Source of the DNA: Azolla caroliniana
Lineage: Eukaryota > Plantae > Polypodiophyta
Assembly (NCBI GenBank): GCA_043228905.1
Contig: JBHGNT010000039.1
Coordinates: 199,125-263,124 of the forward strand
Direction of reading: 5' to 3'
DNA: 64,000 bases
The notes beneath the pieces are model-generated. The model was given only the letters and a program-made list of their open reading frames with translations, did no database searches and was not told the origin of the DNA. Positions within the stretch are counted from its first letter, which is position 1; each line of letters opens with the position of its first letter. Shown here in pieces: positions 41,801-53,800 of the stretch. Both the position numbers and the translations under genes were made by a program.

Positions 41801-42719
41801 TGTCTCTCGACCTTAGTTTCAAAATCTTGATTTTTTAATTCTATGTCATAGCTAGCGTTGTTAGCTTCGATTCGCATGTTTGAACACAAAAATCCGATAT
41901 CACACGAGTTAGGTATCAACATTTTTATTTACTCAAGGGTTCCTCTCAACTCCCTCGTCAAGGTTGCTAATTTCGTCATATCTCTCGACCTGAGTTTCAA
42001 AATCTTGATTTTTTAAATCCATATCATAGCTAGCGTTGTTGGCTTCGATTCGCATGTTTGAACACAAAAATCCGATATCACACGAGCCAGGTATGAACAT
42101 TGTAATTTACCTACTAGCTCTTCTCAACTCCCTCCTCAAATTTGGTAATTTCGTCATGTCTCTCGACCTTAGTTTCAAAATCTTGATTTTTTAATTCCAT
42201 ATCATAGCTAGTGTTGTTAGCTTCGATTCGCATGTTTGAACACAAAAATCCGATATCACACGAGCCAGGTATGAACATTTTAATTTACTCAAGGGCTCCT
42301 CTCAACTCACTCCTCAAATTTGCTAATTTCGTCATGTCTCTCGACCTGAGTTTCAAAATCTTGCTTTTTTAATTCCATATCATAGCTAGCGTTGTTAGCT
42401 TCGATTCGCATGTTTGAACACAAAAATCCGATATAACACGTGCTAGGTATAACCAATTTAATTTACTCAAGGGCTCCTCTCAACTCACTCCTCAAATTTC
42501 CTAATTTCGTCATGTCTCTCGACCTTAGTTTCAAAATCTTGATTTTTTAATTCCATATCATACCTAGCGTTGTTAGCTTCGATTCGCATGTTTGAACACA
42601 AAACTCCGATATCACACGAGCCAGGTATGAACAGTGTAATTTACTCAAGGGCTCCTCTCAACTTACTCCTCAAATTTGCTAATTTCGTCATGTCTCTCGA
42701 CCTTAGTTTCAAAATCTTG

Positions 42720-45700
42720 ATTTTTTAATTCTATATCATAGCTAGCGTTGTTAGCTTCGATTCGCATGTTTGAACACAAAAATCCGATATCACACGAGTT
42801 AGGTATCAACATTTTTATTTACTCAAGGGTTCCTCTCAACTCCCTCGTCAAGGTTGCTAATTTCGTCATATCTCTCGACCTGAGTTTCAAAATCTTGATT
42901 TTTTAAATCCATATCATAGCTAGCGTCGTTGGCTTCGATTCGCATGTTTGAACACAAAAATCCGATATCACACGAGCCAGGTATGCATATTGTAATTTAC
43001 CTACTAGCTCTTCTCAACTCCCTCCTCAAATTTGCTAATTTCGTCATGTCTCTCGACCTTAGTTTCAAAATCTTGATTTTTTAATTCCATATCATAGCTA
43101 GCGTTGTTAGCTTCGATTCGCATGTTTGAACACAAAAATCCGATATCACACGAGCTAGGTATGAACATTTTTATTTACTCAAGGGTTCCTCTCAACTCCC
43201 TCGTCAAGGTTGCTAATTTCGTCATACCTCTCGACCTGAGTTTCAAAATCTTGATTTTTTAAATCCATATCATAGCTAGCGTTGTTGGCTTCGATTCGCA
43301 TGTTTGAACACAAAAATCTGATATCACACGAGCCAGGTATGAACATTGTAATTTACCTACTAGCTCTTCTCAACTCCCTCCTCAAATTTGGTAATTTCGT
43401 CATGTCTCTCGACCTTAGTTTCAAAATCTTGATTTTTTAATTCCATATCATAGCTAGCGTTGTTAGCTTCGATTCGCATGTTTGAACACAAAAATCCGAT
43501 ATCACACGAGCTAGGTATGAACATTTTTATTTACTCAAATTGCTAATTTCGTCATGTCTCTCGACGTTAGTTTCAAAATCTTGCTTTTTTAATTCTATAT
43601 CATAGCTAGCGTTGTTAGCTTCGATTCGCATGTTTGAACACAAAAATCCGATATCACACGAGTTAGGTATCAACATTTTTATTTACTCAAGGGTTCCTCT
43701 CAACTCTCTCGTCAAGGTTGCTAATTTCGTCATATCTCTCGACCTGAGTTTCAAAATCTTGATTTTTTAATTCCATATCATAGCTAGCGTTGTTAGCTTC
43801 GATTCGCATGTTTGAACACAAAAATCCGATATCACACGAGCCAGGTATGAACATTTTTATTTACTCAAGGGTTCCTCTCAACTCCCTCGTCAAGGTTGCT
43901 AATTTCGTCATATCTCTCGACCTGAGTTTCAAAATCTTGATTTTTTAAATCCATATCATAGCTAGCGTTGTTGGCTTCGATTCGCATGTTTGAACACAAA
44001 AATCCGATATCACACGATCCAGGTATGAACATTGTAATTTACCTACTAGCCCTTCTCAACTCCCTCGTCAAGGTTGCTAATTTCGTCATATCTCTCGACC
44101 TGAGTTTCAAAATCTTGATTTTTTAAATCCATATCATAGCTAGCGTCGTTGGCTTCGATTCGCATGTTTGAACACAAAAATCCGATATCACACGAGCCAG
44201 GTATGCATATTGTAATTTACCTACTAGCTCTTCTCAACTCCCTCCTCAAATTTGCTAATTTCGTCATGTCTCTCGACCTTAGTTTCAAAATCTTGATTTT
44301 TTAATTCCATATCATAGCTAGCGTTGTTAGCTTCGATTCGCATGTTTGAACACAAAAATCCGATATCACACGAGCTAGGTATGAACATTTTTATTTACTC
44401 AAGGGTTCCTCTCAACTCCCTCGTCAAAATTGCTAATTTCGTCATACCTCTCGACCTGAGTTTCAAAATCTTGATTTTTTAAATCCATATCATAGCTAGC
44501 GTTGTTGGCTTCGATTCGCATGTTTGAACACAAAAATCTGATATCACACGAGCCAGGTATGAACATTTTAATTTACCTACTAGCTCTTCTCAACTCCCTC
44601 CTCAAATTTGGTAATTTCGTCATGTCTCTCGACCTTAGTTTCAAAATCTTGATTTTTTAATTCCATATCATAGCTAGCGTTGTTAGCTTCGATTCGCATG
44701 TTTGAACACAAAAATCCGATATCACACGAGCTAGGTATGAACATTTTTATTTACTCAAGGGCTCCTCTTAACTCCCTCGTCAAGGTTGCTAATTTCGTCA
44801 TGTCTCTCGACGTTAGTTTCAAAATCTTGATTTTTTAATTCTATATCATAGCTAGCGTTGTTAGCTTCGATTCGCATGTTGGAACACCAAAATCCGATAT
44901 CACACGAGTTAGGTATCAACATTTTTATTTACTCAAGGGTTCCTCTCAACTCCCTCGTCAAGGTTGCTAATTTCGTCATATCTCTCGACCTGAGTTTCAA
45001 AATCTTGATTTTTTAAATCCATATCATAGCTAGCGTCGTTGGCTTCGATTCGCATGTTTGAACACAAAAATCCGATATCACACGAGCCAGGTATGCATAT
45101 TGTAATTTACCTACTAGCTCTTCTCAACTCCCTCCTCAAATTTGCTAATTTCGTCATGTCTCTCGACCTTAGTTTCAAAATCTTGATTTTTTAATTCCAT
45201 ATCATAGCTAGCGTTGTTAGCTTCGATTCGCATGTTTGAACACAAAAATCCGATATCACACGAGCTAGGTATGAACATTTTTATTTACTCAAGGGTTCCT
45301 CTCAACTCCCTCGTCAAGGTTGCTAATTTCGTCATACCTCTCGACCTGAGTTTCAAAATCTTGATTTTTTAAATCCATATCATAGCTAGCGTTGTTGGCT
45401 TCGATTCGCATGTTTGAACACAAAAATCTGATATCACACGAGCCAGGTATGAACATTGTAATTTACCTACTAGCTCTTCTCAACTCCCTCCTCAAATTTG
45501 GTAATTTCGTCATGTCTCTCGACCTTAGTTTCAAAATCTTGATTTTTTAATTCCATATCATAGCTAGCGTTGTTAGCTTCGATTCGCATGTTTGAACACA
45601 AAAATCCGATATCACACGAGCTAGGTATGAACATTTTTATTTACTCAAGGGCTCCTCTTAACTCCCTCGTCAAGGTTGCTAATTTCGTCATGTCTCTCGA

Positions 45701-48700
45701 CGTTAGTTTCAAAATCTTGCTTTTTTAATTCTATATCATAGCTAGCGTTGTTAGCTTCGATTCGCATGTTTGAACACAAAAATCCGATATCACACGAGTT
45801 AGGTATCAACATTTTTATTTACTCAAGGGTTCCTCTCAACTCTCTCGTCAAGGTTGCTAATTTCGTCATATCTCTCGACCTGAGTTTCAAAATCTTGATT
45901 TTTTAATTCCATATCATAGCTAGCGTTGTTAGCTTCGATTCGCATGTTTGAACACAAAAATCCGATATCACACGAGCCAGGTATGAACATTTTTATTTAC
46001 TCAAGGGTTCCTCTCAACTCCCTCGTCAAGGTTGCTAATTTCGTCATATCTCTCGACCTGAGTTTCAAAATCTTGATTTTTTAAATCCATATCATAGCTA
46101 GCGTTGTTGGCTTCGATTCGCATGTTTGAACACAAAAATCCGATATCACACGATCCAGGTATGAACATTGTAATTTACCTACTAGCCCTTCTCAACTCCC
46201 TCGTCAAGGTTGCTAATTTCGTCATATCTCTCGACCTGAGTTTCAAAATCTTGATTTTTTAAATCCATATCATAGCTAGCGTCGTTGGCTTCGATTCGCA
46301 TGTTTGAACACAAAAATCCGATATCACACGAGCCAGGTATGCATATTGTAATTTACCTACTAGCTCTTCTCAACTCCCTCCTCAAATTTGCTAATTTCGT
46401 CATGTCTCTCGACCTTAGTTTCAAAATCTTGATTTTTTAATTCCATATCATAGCTAGCGTTGTTAGCTTCGATTCGCATGTTTGAACACAAAAATCCGAT
46501 ATCACACGAGCTAGGTATGAACATTTTTATTTACTCAAGGGTTCCTCTCAACTCCCTCGTCAAAATTGCTAATTTCGTCATACCTCTCGACCTGAGTTTC
46601 AAAATCTTGATTTTTTAAATCCATATCATAGCTAGCGTTGTTGGCTTCGATTCGCATGTTTGAACACAAAAATCTGATATCACACGAGCCAGGTATGAAC
46701 ATTTTAATTTACCTACTAGCTCTTCTCAACTCCCTCCTCAAATTTGGTAATTTCGTCATGTCTCTCGACCTTAGTTTCAAAATCTTGATTTTTTAATTCC
46801 ATATCATAGCTAGCGTTGTTAGCTTCGATTCGCATGTTTGAACACAAAAATCCGATATCACACGAGCTAGGTATGAACATTTTTATTTACTCAAGGGCTC
46901 CTCTTAACTCCCTCGTCAAGGTTGCTAATTTCGTCATGTCTCTCGACGTTAGTTTCAAAATCTTGATTTTTTAATTCTATATCATAGCTAGCGTTGTTAG
47001 CTTCGATTCGCATGTTGGAACACCAAAATCCGATATCACACGAGTTAGGTATCAACATTTTTATTTACTCAAGGGTTCCTCTCAACTCCCTCGTCAAGGT
47101 TGCTAATTTCGTCATATCTCTCGACCTGAGTTTCAAAATCTTGATTTTTTAAATCCATATCATAGCTAGCGTCGTTGGCTTCGATTCGCATGTTTGAACA
47201 CAAAAATCCGATATCACACGAGCCAGGTATGCATATTGTAATTTACCTACTAGCTCTTCTCAACTCCCTCCTCAAATTTGCTAATTTCGTCATGTCTCTC
47301 GACCTTAGTTTCAAAATCTTGATTTTTTAATTCCATATCATAGCTAGCGTTGTTAGCTTCGATTCGCATGTTTGAACACAAAAATCCGATATCACACGAG
47401 CTAGGTATGAACATTTTTATTTACTCAAGGGTTCCTCTCAACTCCCTCGTCAAGGTTGCTAATTTCGTCATACCTCTCGACCTGAGTTTCAAAATCTTGA
47501 TTTTTTAAATCCATATCATAGCTAGCGTTGTTGGCTTCGATTCGCATGTTTGAACACAAAAATCTGATATCACACGAGCCAGGTATGAACATTGTAATTT
47601 ACCTACTAGCTCTTCTCAACTCCCTCCTCAAATTTGGTAATTTCGTCATGTCTCTCGACCTTAGTTTCAAAATCTTGATTTTTTAATTCCATATCATAGC
47701 TAGCGTTGTTAGCTTCGATTCGCATGTTTGAACACAAAAATCCGATATCACACGAGCTAGGTATGAACATTTTTATTTACTCAAGGGCTCCTCTTAACTC
47801 CCTCGTCAAGGTTGCTAATTTCGTCATGTCTCTCGACGTTAGTTTCAAAATCTTGATTTTTTAATTCTATATCATAGCTAGCGTTGTTAGCTTCGATTCG
47901 CATGTTTGAACACAAAAATCCGATATCACACGAGTTAGGTATCAACATTTTTATTTACTCAAGGGTTCCTCTCAACTCTCTCGTCAAGGTTGCTAATTTC
48001 GTCATATCTCTCGACCTGAGTTTCAAAATCTTGATTTTTTAATTCCATATCATAGCTAGCGTTGTTAGCTTCGATTCGCATGTTTGAACACAAAAATCCG
48101 ATATCACACGAGCCAGGTATGAACATTTTTATTTACTCAAGGGTTCCTCTCAACTCCCTCGTCAAGGTTGCTAATTTCGTCATATCTCTCGACCTGAGTT
48201 TCAAAATCTTGATTTTTTAAATCCATATCATAGCTAGCGTTGTTGGCTTCGATTCGCATGTTTGAACACAAAAATCCGATATCACACGATCCAGGTATGA
48301 ACATTGTAATTTACCTACTAGCCCTTCTCAACTCCCTCGTCAAGGTTGCTAATTTCGTCATATCTCTCGACCTGAGTTTCAAAATCTTGATTTTTTAAAT
48401 CCATATCATAGCTAGCGTCGTTGGCTTCGATTCGCATGTTTGAACACAAAAATCCGATATCACACGAGCCAGGTATGCATATTGTAATTTACCTACTAGC
48501 TCTTCTCAACTCCCTCCTCAAATTTGCTAATTTCGTCATGTCTCTCGACCTTAGTTTCAAAATCTTGATTTTTTAATTCCATATCATAGCTAGCGTTGTT
48601 AGCTTCGATTCGCATGTTTGAACACAAAAATCCGATATCACACGAGCTAGGTATGAACATTTTTATTTACTCAAGGGTTCCTCTCAACTCCCTCGTCAAA

Positions 48701-51700
48701 ATTGCTAATTTCGTCATACCTCTCGACCTGAGTTTCAAAATCTTGATTTTTTAAATCCATATCATAGCTAGCGTTGTTGGCTTCGATTCGCATGTTTGAA
48801 CACAAAAATCTGATATCACACGAGCCAGGTATGAACATTGTAATTTACCTACTAGCTCTTCTCAACTCCCTCCTCAAATTTGGTAATTTCGTCATGTCTC
48901 TCGACCTTAGTTTCAAAATCTTGATTTTTTAATTCCATATCATAGCTAGCGTTGTTAGCTTCGATTCGCATGTTTGAACACAAAAATCCGATATCACACG
49001 AGCTAGGTATGAACATTTTTATTTACTCAAGGGCTCCTCTTAACTCCCTCGTCAAGGTTGCTAATTTCGTCATGTCTCTCGACGTTAGTTTCAAAATCTT
49101 GATTTTTTAATTCTATATCATAGCTAGCGTTGTTAGCTTCGATTCGCATGTTTGAACACAAAAATCCGATATCACACGAGTTAGGTATCAACATTTTTAT
49201 TTACTCAAGGGTTCCTCTCAACTCCCTCGTCAAGGTTGCTAATTTCGTCATATCTCTCGACCTGAGTTTCAAAATCTTGATTTTTTAAATCCATATCATA
49301 GCTAGCGTCGTTGGCTTCGATTCGCATGTTTGAACACAAAAATCCGATATCACACGAGCCAGGTATGCATATTGTAATTTACTTACTAGCTCTTCTCAAC
49401 TCCCTCCTCAAATTTGCTAATTTCGTCATGTCTCTCGACCTTAGTTTCAAAATCTTGATTTTTTAATTCCATATCATAGCTAGCGTTGTTAGCTTCGATT
49501 CGCATGTTTGAACACAAAAATCCGATATCACACGAGCTAGGTATGAACATTTTTATTTACTCAAGGGTTCCTCTCAACTCCCTCGTCAAGGTTGCTAATT
49601 TCGTCATACCTCTCGACCTGAGTTTCAAAATCTTGATTTTTTAAATCCATATCATAGCTAGCGTTGTTGGCTTCGATTCGCATGTTTGAACACAAAAATC
49701 TGATATCACACGAGCCAGGTATGAACATTGTAATTTACCTACTAGCTCTTCTCAACTCCCTCCTCAAATTTGGTAATTTCGTCATGTCTCTCGACCTTAG
49801 TTTCAAAATCTTGATTTTTTAATTCCATATCATAGCTAGCGTTGTTAGCTTCGATTCGCATGTTTGAACACAAAAATCCGATATCACACGAGCTAGGTAT
49901 GAACATTTTTATTTACTCAAGGGCTCCTCTTAACTCCCTCGTCAAGGTTGCTAATTTCGTCATGTCTCTCGACGTTAGTTTCAAAATCTTGCTTTTTTAA
50001 TTCTATATCATAGCTAGCGTTGTTAGCTTCGATTCGCATGTTTGAACACAAAAATCCGATATCACACGAGTTAGGTATCAACATTTTTATTTACTCAAGG
50101 GTTCCTCTCAACTCTCTCGTCAAGGTTGCTAATTTCGTCATATCTCTCGACCTGAGTTTCAAAATCTTGATTTTTTAATTCCATATCATAGCTAGCGTTG
50201 TTAGCTTCGATTCGCATGTTTGAACACAAAAATCCGATATCACACGAGCCAGGTATGAACATTTTTATTTACTCAAGGGTTCCTCTCAACTCCCTCGTCA
50301 AGGTTGCTAATTTCGTCATATCTCTCGACCTGAGTTTCAAAATCTTGATTTTTTAAATCCATATCATAGCTAGCGTTGTTGGCTTCGATTCGCATGTTTG
50401 AACACAAAAATCCGATATCACACGATCCAGGTATGAACATTGTAATTTACCTACTAGCCCTTCTCAACTCCCTCGTCAAGGTTGCTAATTTCGTCATATC
50501 TCTCGACCTGAGTTTCAAAATCTTGATTTTTTAAATCCATATCATAGCTAGCGTCGTTGGCTTCGATTCGCATGTTTGAACACAAAAATCCGATATCACA
50601 CGAGCCAGGTATGCATATTGTAATTTACCTACTAGCTCTTCTCAACTCCCTCCTCAAATTTGCTAATTTCGTCATGTCTCTCGACCTTAGTTTCAAAATC
50701 TTGATTTTTTAATTCCATATCATAGCTAGCGTTGTTAGCTTCGATTCGCATGTTTGAACACAAAAATCCGATATCACACGAGCTAGGTATGAACATTTTT
50801 ATTTACTCAAGGGTTCCTCTCAACTCCCTCGTCAAAATTGCTAATTTCGTCATACCTCTCGACCTGAGTTTCAAAATCTTGATTTTTTAAATCCATATCA
50901 TAGCTAGCGTTGTTGGCTTCGATTCGCATGTTTGAACACAAAAATCTGATATCACACGAGCCAGGTATGAACATTTTAATTTACCTACTAGCTCTTCTCA
51001 ACTCCCTCCTCAAATTTGGTAATTTCGTCATGTCTCTCGACCTTAGTTTCAAAATCTTGATTTTTTAATTCCATATCATAGCTAGCGTTGTTAGCTTCGA
51101 TTCGCATGTTTGAACACAAAAATCCGATATCACACGAGCTAGGTATGAACATTTTTATTTACTCAAGGGCTCCTCTTAACTCCCTCGTCAAGGTTGCTAA
51201 TTTCGTCATGTCTCTCGACGTTAGTTTCAAAATCTTGATTTTTTAATTCTATATCATAGCTAGCGTTGTTAGCTTCGATTCGCATGTTGGAACACCAAAA
51301 TCCGATATCACACGAGTTAGGTATCAACATTTTTATTTACTCAAGGGTTCCTCTCAACTCCCTCGTCAAGGTTGCTAATTTCGTCATATCTCTCGACCTG
51401 AGTTTCAAAATCTTGATTTTTTAAATCCATATCATAGCTAGCGTCGTTGGCTTCGATTCGCATGTTTGAACACAAAAATCCGATATCACACGAGCCAGGT
51501 ATGCATATTGTAATTTACCTACTAGCTCTTCTCAACTCCCTCCTCAAATTTGCTAATTTCGTCATGTCTCTCGACCTTAGTTTCAAAATCTTGATTTTTT
51601 AATTCCATATCATAGCTAGCGTTGTTAGCTTCGATTCGCATGTTTGAACACAAAAATCCGATATCACACGAGCTAGGTATGAACATTTTTATTTACTCAA

Positions 51701-53800
51701 GGGTTCCTCTCAACTCCCTCGTCAAGGTTGCTAATTTCGTCATACCTCTCGACCTGAGTTTCAAAATCTTGATTTTTTAAATCCATATCATAGCTAGCGT
51801 TGTTGGCTTCGATTCGCATGTTTGAACACAAAAATCTGATATCACACGAGCCAGGTATGAACATTGTAATTTACCTACTAGCTCTTCTCAACTCCCTCCT
51901 CAAATTTGGTAATTTCGTCATGTCTCTCGACCTTAGTTTCAAAATCTTGATTTTTTAATTCCATATCATAGCTAGCGTTGTTAGCTTCGATTCGCATGTT
52001 TGAACACAAAAATCCGATATCACACGAGCTAGGTATGAACATTTTTATTTACTCAAGGGCTCCTCTTAACTCCCTCGTCAAGGTTGCTAATTTCGTCATG
52101 TCTCTCGACGTTAGTTTCAAAATCTTGATTTTTTAATTCTATATCATAGCTAGCGTTGTTAGCTTCGATTCGCATGTTTGAACACAAAAATCCGATATCA
52201 CACGAGTTAGGTATCAACATTTTTATTTACTCAAGGGTTCCTCTCAACTCTCTCGTCAAGGTTGCTAATTTCGTCATATCTCTCGACCTGAGTTTCAAAA
52301 TCTTGATTTTTTAATTCCATATCATAGCTAGCGTTGTTAGCTTCGATTCGCATGTTTGAACACAAAAATCCGATATCACACGAGCCAGGTATGAACATTT
52401 TTATTTACTCAAGGGTTCCTCTCAACTCCCTCGTCAAGGTTGCTAATTTCGTCATATCTCTCGACCTGAGTTTCAAAATCTTGATTTTTTAAATCCATAT
52501 CATAGCTAGCGTTGTTGGCTTCGATTCGCATGTTTGAACACAAAAATCCGATATCACACGATCCAGGTATGAACATTGTAATTTACCTACTAGCCCTTCT
52601 CAACTCCCTCGTCAAGGTTGCTAATTTCGTCATATCTCTCGACCTGAGTTTCAAAATCTTGATTTTTTAAATCCATATCATAGCTAGCGTCGTTGGCTTC
52701 GATTCGCATGTTTGAACACAAAAATCCGATATCACACGAGCCAGGTATGCATATTGTAATTTACCTACTAGCTCTTCTCAACTCCCTCCTCAAATTTGCT
52801 AATTTCGTCATGTCTCTCGACCTTAGTTTCAAAATCTTGATTTTTTAATTCCATATCATAGCTAGCGTTGTTAGCTTCGATTCGCATGTTTGAACACAAA
52901 AATCCGATATCACACGAGCTAGGTATGAACATTTTTATTTACTCAAGGGTTCCTCTCAACTCCCTCGTCAAAATTGCTAATTTCGTCATACCTCTCGACC
53001 TGAGTTTCAAAATCTTGATTTTTTAAATCCATATCATAGCTAGCGTTGTTGGCTTCGATTCGCATGTTTGAACACAAAAATCTGATATCACACGAGCCAG
53101 GTATGAACATTGTAATTTACCTACTAGCTCTTCTCAACTCCCTCCTCAAATTTGGTAATTTCGTCATGTCTCTCGACCTTAGTTTCAAAATCTTGATTTT
53201 TTAATTCCATATCATAGCTAGCGTTGTTAGCTTCGATTCGCATGTTTGAACACAAAAATCCGATATCACACGAGCTAGGTATGAACATTTTTATTTACTC
53301 AAGGGCTCCTCTTAACTCCCTCGTCAAGGTTGCTAATTTCGTCATGTCTCTCGACGTTAGTTTCAAAATCTTGATTTTTTAATTCTATATCATAGCTAGC
53401 GTTGTTAGCTTCGATTCGCATGTTTGAACACAAAAATCCGATATCACACGAGTTAGGTATCAACATTTTTATTTACTCAAGGGTTCCTCTCAACTCTCTC
53501 GTCAAGGTTGCTAATTTCGTCATATCTCTCGACCTGAGTTTCAAAATCTTGATTTTTTAATTCCATATCATAGCTAGCGTTGTTAGCTTCGATTCGCATG
53601 TTTGAACACAAAAATCCGATATCACACGAGCCAGGTATGAACATTTTTATTTACTCAAGGGTTCCTCTCAACTCCCTCGTCAAGGTTGCTAATTTCGTCA
53701 TATCTCTCGACCTGAGTTTCAAAATCTTGATTTTTTAAATCCATATCATAGCTAGCGTTGTTGGCTTCGATTCGCATGTTTGAACACAAAAATCCGATAT
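42720..53800. repeat. 12-monomer HOR (2136 bp = 7-mer 1246 + 5-mer 890), about 5 copies
   Basis: The TAGCGTCGTT/ATGCATAT marker monomer lies at 42921, 44141, 45031, 46277, 47167, 48413, 49303, 50549, 51439 and 52685. Spacings are 1220 (1246 minus a 26-bp deletion), then alternating 890/1246. Confidence 0.95.
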
